Of a stretch of 64,000 bases of DNA, positions 48,971-59,707 are shown piece after piece. The notes beneath the pieces were generated by a model that was given only the letters and a program-made list of their open reading frames with translations, was not told the DNA's origin and did no database searches. Source of the stretch: Lepidodermella squamata (taxonomy: Eukaryota > Animalia > Gastrotricha); the NCBI GenBank assembly GCA_047495785.1, contig JBLDXI010000001.1, positions 1,488,001 through 1,552,000 on the forward strand, read 5' to 3'. Position 1 is the first letter of the stretch, and every line of letters starts with the position of its first letter. The translations under genes were made by a program, and so were the position numbers.

Positions 48971-49738
48971 TAAGTATAAATGGAAAATCCGAATTCGCTT
49001 GATTCACGATGAGAGCAACAAGCAAATCACACTACAAGTTTGAATTGTACGTCGATAGATACAGAAAATGCTATGGCCACCAGCCGAAGTCGAGGTTTCT
49101 AATTTTCAAGGTATAAGGAAATCACTTGGCAACAACTCAAAGCTGAATAGCAATGATTTCGCGAAACACGAAACCTTTACCGTTAAAGTTAACCATGAAA
49201 CACGAAACACACTAGTTCAACCCTAGTACACAGCCAGCAGCTCACAGCGTTATCCAAGTAACATTCTACCAATTCATCCAGTTATTCCTCGACTAGACGA
49301 ACTCAAACTCAACAAGATGAACGGTTGTGCGTTTGGTGAGTGGCTATAGACTATACTCGAGTTTGTAATCCAATCTGCGGTTATTCCAAGGCTTCAGTGC
49401 CGCGGTGAAACAATGTGCGTTGACTAGTGTTTTGGTGTGTTCGACTGGAGGGCGGTTATTGCCATTGGGAGTCCCTTAAGAAAGCTTCTAGCGGAATTTC
49501 GAGCGCTTGCCTATAAGTTTGCCAATAAGTTTGATGACATGCACCAAGATATTGGTCCACTAGGGAAAGTGGGTAGGTCCTCTAGCATTCACGGAGCGAA
49601 AGCCATTGAATTTTCCGACGAAGCAGTCCAGGAACTGGATTCGGCCTCGGCGGCGGGGTTTCGATTCAATCTCGTTGAGCTTTATCCAGGCTTCATCTAA
49701 TTTCGTGAACAGCATCGCCCTACAACCATCTATGGCTA

Positions 49739-49957
49739 AGGAGTCCAGATACCACAATCTCACCTTTCCGTTGTTTTGACTGTACATCGGGGCATGACGA
49801 TTGACTATCTGACTAAAGGAGGCAGTTTGTGTAGCTTTCAACATCTCCATCTCCCATCTCCATCTGCATTAAAAAATAATCAGAAACGTCCGCTAAGAAC
49901 GCTCTTCCATCCGATGGCAAACACGGATCGGATCACAAAATCATTCATTTTGAATTT
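49739..49957. repeat. 219-bp direct repeat, left copy
   Basis: Identical by eye to 54054-54272. Confidence 0.95.
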
Positions 49958-50103
49958 TCTATTCGTTCCATTTATTTCCACAGCACCGTCGATGAATTAA
50001 TCAATATTAATTAAACATATATATGGGGGAAAAAAGAAAAAGAAAAACAGACAATTGTAGCCAGGTTAATAAATGAAAAAACAATTACCTGCCTATCACA
50101 TGA

Positions 50104-53100
50104 TTAAGCAGGGATAGTATTATACTTGTTAATTTTTTCTACTTCTCGTAACCAGGATAAGAGTGATAACATTTCCGGTTCTTTATCTAGATCAGTGTAG
50201 AAGAATATTTTTTCGAAATAATTATAGGCATTGCTAGGGATATTTGCACGTTTATTTTTAGTCGACATGTTGGCCGAATCGCAGGACGACAGGTAGTGTA
50301 CCAGCATGTGCCAACTGTCCAAAGCTGGGTTCACCGGTGAATTGCAACGTAAGCATTTGCCAGATGAAATATATATCATAGGTTTGAAGGTAGAGTTACA
50401 CCTGATCCGCAATAATGTGTTAACGAGCGGGCGGGGTAGGAGGCGGCTGTAGTCGACCAGAATCGATGGTTTTTTAACCAGCGAGACGTCGTATGGGGAG
50501 CAAGAAATGTGGAGGGCCATGCGTTCATGACATTCAGCTCTCGATAATTCAAATAAGGCACGCTTGACTAGGTCAATCTTGATGTGCACTGGGCAACCCG
50601 CTTCGAGCAACCAACTGAGGTTCAACTTTTCCAGCTCGCGCCGTCCTTTGATGAGAAGATTACGGGTGGGTTGAGAAAGCTGTCGGAGGTTAAGCATGGC
50701 ATGGTGAAGTAGAGTATTTTCAGCGGACGATTGCATCTTGAACAACATACGTAGTGCAGCAATGACTCTGGCCTGGGCTGGCGAGACCAATTTGAATTCG
50801 GTGTCGATCAGGTCATGGCTGGTAGAGATGGGAAGATTAAATGCTTTTTTAATGAATCGCGAATGACTGGGCGGCGAGGATGAAGGAGTGAACAAACCCC
50901 ATATTTCAGCACCGTGCGTGTAGGTGGATAGAACGCAGGTGTTATATAATTCACGAATATTTTCCGGTGACATATCGTTGAAATGATGAAAAAGAGTAGG
51001 AACTATACCAATAGCACGCTGGATTTTCATGGCCGCGTGTTTGATGGCGCCGCTGTAAAGTAGCCTGTCCGATACGATGATACCCAGGTAAGTGAAATCT
51101 CGAACAACTTCGAGTTGTGCACCTTCGTATGAGACTTCAGTTATGATGGGATCAAAGCTTTTATGAAAAACCATGACTTTAGTCTTCTTAACATTTACCG
51201 TCAGCTCATTCGCCGCCGAATAACAGCTCAGTTTGTACAGGTACTTTTGAAGTTCGATAGCTCGATAGGCAAAAAACACAAGGTCATCGGCGTACAAGAT
51301 AACCCGGATAGTGAGAAGACCAAGCGGAAGGCCTTTGCACTGTAGTTTAGCGAACTCGTCGACGATATCGTCGATAAATAGCGTGAACAAGAGAGGCGAG
51401 AGCGGATCTCCCTGTTTGACGCCGCGATTAAGGGGAAAAGAATCGGTTACATCACCATTGACCAAGATCGACGCTCGGCAGTTAGAGTACATATTGGCAA
51501 TTATTCGAACGAAGCCCTCAGGAATACCACGCTGGCGAAGTTTTTTCAGCAGTAACTGATGATTGATCGTGTCAAACGCGCTAGTGTAGTCGACGAAACA
51601 GGCGTAGACAGGGACGCCACGCTCTACCTCTGGAGCTAAACCGCAATGAAGAACTGTAGCGCCATCGTTAGTGGATAAACCGGATTGGAAACCAAATTGC
51701 TCAACGTTCAGAGGGCGGCCCGCTTTGGAATCGGGATGAAGCCACGCACGGAGCCTGGAGTCTAGGATTTTAGAGAAGAGCTTTGCGACGCACGGCTGCA
51801 AAGAGATAGGACGGTAGTTGCCGACGTTGTTAGCATCCCCCTTTTTGAACACAGGAGTGATCAAGGAAGTCTTCCACTCCTCTGGGTATGTCCCTTCAGA
51901 GATTATTTTCGAATAGAGCACTGAGAGGTAAGGAGCCATTAGGGTGATTTCGTCATTTATGTTTGAAAATTTCACACCATCGAGACCAGCGGCAGATGAG
52001 AGGTTACAGTCCTTCAGATTCTCAATTATCTCTTCTTGCGTTACAGGCGAGAGCAGAATGGCGATACCGATTACCGAGTCATTCCCATCAGCAGGAGTTT
52101 CGACATCGCGATTATTAAAAGCAAGTTGGGAGGCAAAAATATTTTTGAAATGAGCGAAAAATTCAGCTGGCGACGGAGTGATCACATTTAGTTTATCTTT
52201 CTTTTTCAGACGCCAGACAGAGTTCGGGGATTTTACAATCGAGTCAAAAGTTGACTTATCTTTGTTGCAGAGGTCGGTCGGGCGGGTTTTCGGCTGGCCA
52301 TGTTGGCTAGAGCGGATCACTGCGGCTTCCCTGGCAATACTTGAGAACAATGCCGCCATTTCATTCGCGTGCAGCTTGTCGCAGTGGCTTGACGAGATTG
52401 GCAGATTCTTTCTCAAAACATAATTGAACTTGGTTTTGTCGAGTTTCGGGCGCTTCTGTGACAGTTCAGGGCGTTTTATTGACGCTACTATCCACGTGTG
52501 GTCTGAGCGGACACCAGAGTGGTTGGGGGGAGCAAAGTCCCCCACTTCGAAATGGGAGACTAGTCGCAACAGAGACACGTTCGAGAATGCGTAGTCAATG
52601 ACTGAGCCATTTTGGTGAGCAGCTGACCAGTGGGTACATTTGCCGGCTAAATCAGGTGCAACCCTGCCGTTGAGGATTATAAGATTGGAATAGTTAATAA
52701 ATGACATAAATGCATCGAGATCTCTAGACGTATTGGCTGTTTCCTGAGACTTGCGAGTGCCCAATTGTAACGGGGAAATCAGTTCAGGGGGTACTTCTAG
52801 CTGTTCACCAATGCGCTTGTTCATGTCCCCCAAAACCAACAGACGAAATTCAGACTGGTATTTACAAGACATTGTCAATATATCATTAGTAAGTTTTTCG
52901 AAAAGATTATCTAGCCCAGGTGGGATATAGACAAAGCAGACAACAAAACGGACTGGGTCAGTTATTTCCACAAATATCCAGTTTTGAGTTTTGAGCAAGA
53001 CAGACGATTTGAACAGATTGCTAGAGTATAGAACGAAGCCCCCAGACAGGCCAGAAATATCGGTATTGAGCTTAGCAGGTACAGTCACATTAGAAAAGTT

Positions 53101-53238
53101 GTCAATTGTAGGGGGTGACCACGAATCATCCTTGCGAGTTTCAGTTACAACAAAGAAATGACATATTGAGCTTAGATAGCTAATAAAAGGTGATTTAATA
53201 GTTGAATATCCATTTAGATTCCAGTAGCCACACAACAC
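50104..53238 (-). CDS. LINE ORF2: AP endonuclease + reverse transcriptase + C-terminal CCHC-like domain
   Basis: WNLNG, VTET, GDMN, IDY, SDH (APE); NYRPISL, QFGF, AFD, GVKQGDPLSP, YADD, YLG (RT); C..C...H....C; no ATG at the start. Confidence 0.95.
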   Translation of the reverse strand: MLCGYWNLNGYSTIKSPFISYLSSICHFFVVTETRKDDSWSPPTIDNFSNVTVPAKLNTDISGLSGGFVLYSSNLFKSSVLLKTQNWIFVEITDPVRFVVCFVYIPPGLDNLFEKLTNDILTMSCKYQSEFRLLVLGDMNKRIGEQLEVPPELISPLQLGTRKSQETANTSRDLDAFMSFINYSNLIILNGRVAPDLAGKCTHWSAAHQNGSVIDYAFSNVSLLRLVSHFEVGDFAPPNHSGVRSDHTWIVASIKRPELSQKRPKLDKTKFNYVLRKNLPISSSHCDKLHANEMAALFSSIAREAAVIRSSQHGQPKTRPTDLCNKDKSTFDSIVKSPNSVWRLKKKDKLNVITPSPAEFFAHFKNIFASQLAFNNRDVETPADGNDSVIGIAILLSPVTQEEIIENLKDCNLSSAAGLDGVKFSNINDEITLMAPYLSVLYSKIISEGTYPEEWKTSLITPVFKKGDANNVGNYRPISLQPCVAKLFSKILDSRLRAWLHPDSKAGRPLNVEQFGFQSGLSTNDGATVLHCGLAPEVERGVPVYACFVDYTSAFDTINHQLLLKKLRQRGIPEGFVRIIANMYSNCRASILVNGDVTDSFPLNRGVKQGDPLSPLLFTLFIDDIVDEFAKLQCKGLPLGLLTIRVILYADDLVFFAYRAIELQKYLYKLSCYSAANELTVNVKKTKVMVFHKSFDPIITEVSYEGAQLEVVRDFTYLGIIVSDRLLYSGAIKHAAMKIQRAIGIVPTLFHHFNDMSPENIRELYNTCVLSTYTHGAEIWGLFTPSSSPPSHSRFIKKAFNLPISTSHDLIDTEFKLVSPAQARVIAALRMLFKMQSSAENTLLHHAMLNLRQLSQPTRNLLIKGRRELEKLNLSWLLEAGCPVHIKIDLVKRALFELSRAECHERMALHISCSPYDVSLVKKPSILVDYSRLLPRPLVNTLLRIRCNSTFKPMIYISSGKCLRCNSPVNPALDSWHMLVHYLSSCDSANMSTKNKRANIPSNAYNYFEKIFFYTDLDKEPEMLSLLSWLREVEKINKYNTIPA

Positions 53239-53262
53239 GTCCGACGGGCTGCGGAAAAAGTC

Positions 53263-53984
53263 CTACGTGCGCTTCACAAAATGCGAGTCGAAAGACTCCG
53301 GGGTTTCAAGTGTTTGCACAACTTTAAAGCTGGCACCATCAGCGACTGCAGCGAACCGCCCAACCACGGCGCCATCTTTGGTCAGCTGAATTCGATTACG
53401 GCGGATCAGAAAGAGGTCGCAGGCTTCATCCTGCTTGGATTTGATACCGTGGTCATACAACTTCTTCCGCGGTTCTGGTCGGACAGCCACGGTCTGATTT
53501 TTACGGCTTTGTCATCTTCAGGTATTGCCTTGATAACTTCGGATATTTTCCCTCGGAGAAGCGTTGAATCATTAGGTATGATGTGGATAGGTCTCGGTCT
53601 GGGAGGGTCGCCACCAGCCACAGCAGCTCTCGGCTTGCCCATTCGTCGGACCTTGAACTTCTTGTCCTTGAGGAGGGGGATTAACTTTACAATTTTCTCC
53701 TTTAGCTTTTTTCCGTCGTCATCGTCGTCGATTTCCTCAACGTTGTTTACAACGACCGTATCCTTGTTGGCCTCATCTTTGGCTTTTTGCTCCACGGTTT
53801 TTGAGACGGTAATGAGGGTTTGCAGCGATTTCGATACCCCAGCTAGAGTCTCTTCGTTGTTGATCAGTTTACTAATCAATTTCTCTTTATCCGCAACTTG
53901 TGCTTGGAGCTGGAGACAGTAGTCGATGACTTGCGCTTTGTCCATTTTCTCCAAAGCCTTCCTGGATATCGGTATCTCTGCCAT
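53263..53984 (-). CDS. LINE ORF1 (coiled coil), apparently split across two frames near 53470
   Basis: 192-aa ORF 53984-53406 overlaps a second-frame ORF ending at TAG 53263; position upstream of ORF2. Confidence 0.65.
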
Positions 53985-54053
53985 GATCGTACACAGTACT
54001 TATATAAACGTCTCCTATCTTAGAATTCGAAAATCGATACGCAGATATTTCTG

Positions 54054-54272
54054 AGGAGTCCAGATACCACAATCTCACCTTTCCGTTGTTTTGACTGTAC
54101 ATCGGGGCATGACGATTGACTATCTGACTAAAGGAGGCAGTTTGTGTAGCTTTCAACATCTCCATCTCCCATCTCCATCTGCATTAAAAAATAATCAGAA
54201 ACGTCCGCTAAGAACGCTCTTCCATCCGATGGCAAACACGGATCGGATCACAAAATCATTCATTTTGAATTT
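54054..54272. repeat. 219-bp direct repeat, right copy
   Basis: Identical by eye to 49739-49957. Confidence 0.95.
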
Positions 54273-54477
54273 CGCGGTTGACAAGGCAATCTATAATTTA
54301 TATGTCTCAATTAGTTCAAAGAAGTAATAGACCTTTAAAATTGCAAAATAATAAAAACGTGAAAGATATTTCGAAAGTTTGCGCGGGCTTTTTTGCCACG
54401 ACGGCTGTTTGGTTTTGCAGCTGCGCCGGTTGTTTTTTTAGTTCCGCCAAACTGTACGGGTGCGCCCCCTCAGATTC

Positions 54478-54979
54478 GGTGATTTAAAGAAGGAGCTGAG
54501 CTCAAAAAGGAGCTGAGCTCAATGGAGCTGAGCTCTAACGGAGCTGAGCTCCCTGAATACCGCGCGCGGTCAAGTCAAAGGCCAAGTTCATGGAACAATG
54601 TCGGTTTTAATACCAAAATATAGATCGTTCAATTCTCTATCGACTGAATATAGGTTTGTCGCTCGAAAAACTAAACAGAAAAAAGTTAAGTTGGTAAATA
54701 AATCGATGCCATTTGCGCGCACTCTCAAGCGATATGCACACTTAAATACGCAATCTAGCATGGGCGTAAAACTTTTTCTGATTGATTTTTTCCATCGAGA
54801 AATCTATATTCGATCGATAGAGAATTGAACGATCTATATTTTAGTAGTAAAACCGACATTGTTCCATGAACTTGGCCTTTGACTTGACCGTGCGCGGTAT
54901 TCAGGGAGCTCAGCTCCGTTAGAGCTCAGCCCCATTGAGCTCAGCTCCTTTTTGAGCTCAGCTCCTTCTTTAAATCACC
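54478..54979. mobile_element. MITE/foldback element with ~165-180-bp terminal inverted repeats
   Basis: 54478-54643 is the near-perfect reverse complement of 54814-54979; each arm has four GGAGCTGAGCTC-type subrepeats; no coding capacity. Confidence 0.85.
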
Positions 54980-55270
54980 AAGTACGGAGCGGCACGGGTG
55001 CTGCATCGTCTGTTTGACTCGCATCTCGCATCTCGCGTCTTGTTTTTCAATCATCAAGAGAGCCGATATCGCCAAAATTTGGCTTAGAAATTGCTGTGAT
55101 TTCTATATCAAGCGACAAGTAATGGAGATCTTAGATCTTAGGGTTTACCCCTTATAGTTTTACCTAGTGTAGCAGAAACCACCTACCACTTACCACATCA
55201 AACTTTCATTATTGAGTCGTCAAGTGGTAAGATTCAGTTTGGAATTGTATATTTTGTAGTCTTTATATGC

Positions 55271-56917
55271 ATGGAAGACACCGAGCAAATATTACCTGCT
55301 AGCGATGTCAATATCGGGCGACGCCGTTTATCATCACGATCATCTATCTCCATGGAGTTGCTGAAATTCGGCGAAATTATTGGAGGAGTTGAAATTCCGA
55401 TGCTTGTATACTTCCTTGCCTTGGGGATTTTATTACCAGCTCAACAGCATTTCATTTATCAGCGGATGTGCTTGTACAAATTCGACTCACAGGAGATATG
55501 CGATCATATCAGCACGAATCCTGACTTGAAGCCACAAGAAGATGACTTGCAAAAAGACTTTTCTTATTATTCTGCCCTTCAAATGGTAATGCTTTACCTG
55601 CCATCAACAGTTGCGACAATTTTCATGGGCACTTGGATTGACCGGTTTTCTTTTCGCATCCCGCTGATTATTCCGCATCTTGGAACCGCTCTTGGCACCA
55701 TTATTTTCCTGGTGTTCTATTTTTTACCAAATAATGTTACCCACCCTGCAATCATATCACTGCCATCGTTGATTTACGGAATTACAGGAGCGTCTCCCAC
55801 TGAAATAATGGCGGCTTTTTCGTATGTTGCACGAATAACTAAAGAGGAAAATCGAACAGTAAGGGTGGCGATCGTTGAAGCCGCCATCGGTCTGGGTTCA
55901 ACAATCGGCTATTTAATCAGCGCGTTGGTTCTGGGAAAAAGCAACACGATCATTGCTTTTATCACTCAAATCTGCGCTAGTTCGTTTGCATGTATTTTCA
56001 TCTACTGCTTAGTACCCGAGCTTCACGAGTTCACGTTTCGGGAGACAGCAAATCGCGAGTCGAGCGGATCGTTATTTCGCCTGTTTTTCATTCCTGGTAA
56101 AAAAGTTCTTGTCGGGTTTCGTCTGATTGTTCGTAAATTCAACGCAGTATCACACAGCGGTGCTAGTCGATTGATTTTGATGTTTTTGTTCCTGCTGACA
56201 ATTTGCTTTTTCGTAACGTCTGGCGTTAGTTCGATAACATACGCTTACGTCACTAAACAACCTATTTCAATAACTCGGTCAATGTATGCGGTTTTTCAAG
56301 CCCTTCTCAGTGGGCTTGCATCTCTCAACCTGCTGGTCACCTTGAGAATTTTGCGGTCAAAGAAATTCTGGCCGTTGTCTGATGTAGCGCTGAGCTTAAT
56401 TGGCGTTGTATCACGATTTGCTGCTTATATATACATGGGACTTGGCGATTTCAACCCTGGTCTAGCGCCTTGGATTTACCCCGTAATTTCTATGTTCAGT
56501 GGATTTTTCGCCGCCTCAATGCGATCTGCCCTATCTAAAATGGTGCATAGCACCGAACGAGGCAGTTTATTCTCATTCGTCGGCGTGTTAGAAAGTCTTT
56601 CGGGTCTTTTTTCATCAATTGCCTACAATCCGTTATACGCGTTGTGTATACCCTCGGAAAATGCTGAGCCTATACCAGGCCTTCGCGGTTTTGTTTTCTT
56701 TTTATCGGCTGGAATTCTTGTCATGCCTCTTATGGTATTTTCGTGGTTGTTATGTACTGGATACTCTCCAAGTGAAGAACAAATCAATGATCAACCTGAA
56801 AACTCCGGCGAGGTAAAGCCGGCTGAACCACAGCGTGATCATACTGATTCCGGGTCGTCTTCAATCGTACCTTTCGAACAAAGCAGTAACACTTCAATTA
56901 ATTTACACAGAGTCTGA
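55271..56917 (+). CDS. SLC46 (PCFT/SLC46A3-like) MFS transporter, intronless
   Basis: VEIP, QHFIYQRMC, MGTWIDRFSFRIPLIIP, AAFSYVA....EENRTVRVAIVE, RSALSKMV..TERGSLFS. Confidence 0.88.
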   Translation: MEDTEQILPASDVNIGRRRLSSRSSISMELLKFGEIIGGVEIPMLVYFLALGILLPAQQHFIYQRMCLYKFDSQEICDHISTNPDLKPQEDDLQKDFSYYSALQMVMLYLPSTVATIFMGTWIDRFSFRIPLIIPHLGTALGTIIFLVFYFLPNNVTHPAIISLPSLIYGITGASPTEIMAAFSYVARITKEENRTVRVAIVEAAIGLGSTIGYLISALVLGKSNTIIAFITQICASSFACIFIYCLVPELHEFTFRETANRESSGSLFRLFFIPGKKVLVGFRLIVRKFNAVSHSGASRLILMFLFLLTICFFVTSGVSSITYAYVTKQPISITRSMYAVFQALLSGLASLNLLVTLRILRSKKFWPLSDVALSLIGVVSRFAAYIYMGLGDFNPGLAPWIYPVISMFSGFFAASMRSALSKMVHSTERGSLFSFVGVLESLSGLFSSIAYNPLYALCIPSENAEPIPGLRGFVFFLSAGILVMPLMVFSWLLCTGYSPSEEQINDQPENSGEVKPAEPQRDHTDSGSSSIVPFEQSSNTSINLHRV

Positions 56918-56994
56918 TTATTATTTTTACTAACCGATTGATATTTAAATGAATAATTGATTTAATTGATTTTTTTAGATTAATTTTAGTTAAA

Positions 56995-58302
56995 ATGAGC
57001 AGCATAACATTTGCGTCGTTTTTGCTGCGTCGATCGAAATGTGTGGTAAATGCCCGATTTTTATCGCAGCAACAAGTTGCCGTTGCTCAAAACACGCAAG
57101 TCGAGAAGCCGAAGGAACGTTCGCCGTTATATCCGCCGATAAAACCTCGATTTCCTCCCGGGTTATGGGGCCGAATGGCAGATAAAAATGCGTGGAAATG
57201 GTACGATAAAGGAAGTGAAGTCCTGAAAGCTCAAACTTTGCCTGAGAGACTCGAAGCTCTTCGCGGGACCGAAGAGAAGGGATACTGGTTGTCGAGTCCT
57301 TTCTTGAAAAGGCGCCACGCCCTGGCTGGTGCGCAATATATGACGAAAACCAGGCTGAGACACACACTGCCTGACAATTACAAACAAATTAGCGAGAAAA
57401 TTGACAGCTCCACCTTAAAAAATGCCGAGGTGTTATTCAGCGAATTATTCGCGCAAAACTCGCTGATTCAACAAAACGAGGCTAATAATTTTGAGGATGT
57501 AGTCGAACGCGATGCTTCTCTTCGGTCATCTCTTCTACGCCAGTTGGTCACATTTGCCACTGCTTTATCTGCAGGGGAAAATCCAAATTTAACAAGGGCT
57601 CAAATTACCGAGAAGCCATTTGTTGAGACTGCGTGGCAACGATGGGGTTATAAATACCCGGATGTTAGGACTACGACTAAGGACGAGGGTGGAATCAGGG
57701 TTCAATCGAGTTTCCAGCCTGATTTCCTAATTCGGACCGAACATCCTTTGAAACCGATTTTGAAGACAGTTGACGACATGTTGACTGAGCAAGACGCGGG
57801 TTTCATTCCCGAATTTACCTACGCACCGAATAATTTAGGTCTTCACAGTGAGGCAATTAAGCCAAACTGGCTGCCCGGGTTCCAACCAGGTGACCCGTGC
57901 GAGTTCGGCGCTATTCAAATTATCGACATTTCCGACTATTTATCCGGAGCTGAATCGGAGCGGAATTTCGGTGCTCAGCCTCACATTGTTCAAGAACTGA
58001 TTGAATCGTGTGCGCTTATGGCTGGTTTTACCTGGGCGTCATCGCTGGCTCACTACCAGGGTTTTAGCATGTATCACGACTTGACGTACCCTCTATGTGT
58101 TCAGACGATTTTGACTGATTCGAAACGATTCATGTTCTCGGCTTATCAGCTTAATACGCTCGCGCTGTTTAAGGATGGCCAGTCGCATAATGGAAATTTG
58201 CGTGAAAACACATGCTGGACGACACAGTTGATGCCGGCTGAAACTGCTGACAAAAAGATTTCACCCGATGTTATTCGTCTGTTGCTTTCAATGTTCAGGT
58301 AA
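56995..58302 (+). CDS. MRPS30: Mitochondrial ribosomal protein S30 (mL65)
   Basis: Targeting peptide, YPPIKP, GDPCEFG, AHYQGF..YHDLTYPLCVQTILTD, FSAYQLNTL. Confidence 0.88.
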   Translation: MSSITFASFLLRRSKCVVNARFLSQQQVAVAQNTQVEKPKERSPLYPPIKPRFPPGLWGRMADKNAWKWYDKGSEVLKAQTLPERLEALRGTEEKGYWLSSPFLKRRHALAGAQYMTKTRLRHTLPDNYKQISEKIDSSTLKNAEVLFSELFAQNSLIQQNEANNFEDVVERDASLRSSLLRQLVTFATALSAGENPNLTRAQITEKPFVETAWQRWGYKYPDVRTTTKDEGGIRVQSSFQPDFLIRTEHPLKPILKTVDDMLTEQDAGFIPEFTYAPNNLGLHSEAIKPNWLPGFQPGDPCEFGAIQIIDISDYLSGAESERNFGAQPHIVQELIESCALMAGFTWASSLAHYQGFSMYHDLTYPLCVQTILTDSKRFMFSAYQLNTLALFKDGQSHNGNLRENTCWTTQLMPAETADKKISPDVIRLLLSMFR

Positions 58303-59707
58303 ATTTGAGTTGATTTTATTATACCTTTAGCTAAAATTTATTTAACGAACGCGTTGTCGCGATAGATTGCAAAATCTCAATCGAAAATGCTAACACTTTG
58401 TCAATTTTGACATTCACACCTAAATCAAACCAAAACCTGACAAATTTGACCTAATTTGTGATAAGGAAGTTTAGTAACAAAATCAGAAAGTGTCTGAAAC
58501 CTGAGCCTATTTCCGATCTTATGGCCTGCGGTTGTCTAAACTGCCTTTGAAATGTTAGTAAACAATGCAACTTGTCAAATAAAATGCAAAAAATCTGAAT
58601 AAATCCAGTTAAAGCATGTAAAATGACCGAACCATTCCCTCCGGTTTTCTTGGATGAAACGTTAGAGGAAGGACAAACACTTCTATTAAACAGCTTTTAG
58701 TAAAAATTAGTAAATTCTCACTAATAATTTGAAATTTCGAAAAGGGGTTGCGGGTTCAATTTTGTTAGAACGGATCGATTTCATCGGCTTTCGATCGGAG
58801 TTTTAGCCTTGTCTTCCTGTCTATCGAGAATTGGCATATCGAGATTTTATTTTTCAGCCATACGCCTCGCAGCGCTCTCGGCTATACGATGTTTTAGGTA
58901 TAAATGTATGATACACAAGTTTGCTAGCTTCGAAAACCTTTCCTGACCTAGTTACTCCACGCCACTTTATCAATCAATTATAAAAATTCTGGTCGTAATT
59001 AGAACAATTTTATTTATATATTTCTCGTGAATTTGGCTTAGTTTGTTTCCAAGTTTCATAATTGGATCCGTTAAAGAAGAACTCAGTCATAACACACGAA
59101 AAATATAGCTTAAATTTTAAATTAGAAATATTCTGTCTATTTGACTGTAAAATCTTGTTTTCAGGTATCCTATTGATGCTCAAAATCCGCCATTGGACAA
59201 GAGACGGCCATTCTTCCCTGAATATCCGTCACCACTTGCGATTACGGAGCCACTTATCGCAACCCGGACACACGTGCCACCCGAAGTGCCTGTTGTCGAC
59301 GAGTTCTGGAAAGTCTAGTCACATCGAAAATATCACTAATAAACTTGTCAGTGTGCCTCGCAATTGTTGCTCAGCGCTATCCTTGCAACCAAAAGAAACA
59401 GATTAATAGACAACATACTTTTTATTAAAATTCGCGTGTTTTCTCTTTGGTGATACTTGCTTGTAGAGTGGCGTGAGAATTTTAGCCACCTACCTCAGCT
59501 TTCGGATGTTGAATGATCCACCACACGGGCTTCGAAATCATTTCAAAACAACAATCGGCCTTTAGCTATCGAAACTTTTATTAGGCAATCCGCTCGCAAC
59601 ACGAGCATCATTCGACCTTGAATCAACATATAATTCAAACACGCCTATCGTCATGCATGGTCAGCACGAGTCATTTGAAAGCAATAGCGTTAATATTTGA
59701 TTTTAAA

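Larger units (their letters stand above)
49958..54053 (-). mobile_element. Full-length non-LTR retrotransposon (RTE/RTEX-like LINE), about 4.1 kb
   Basis: ORF1 plus APE-RT ORF2; AATAAA about 15 nt from the 3' end; bounded by 219-bp direct repeats. Confidence 0.92.

Noticed and set aside
49739-49957. 219-bp repeat as an snRNA/SL RNA target site or a true retroviral LTR
   Set aside because: No U1/U2/U5/U6 signature, no TG...CA ends or PBS, and the enzyme is APE-RT with no integrase
54490-54552. Regularly spaced 12-mers resembling a CRISPR array
   Set aside because: Spacers only 3-5 nt, eukaryotic context, mirrored in the MITE arm
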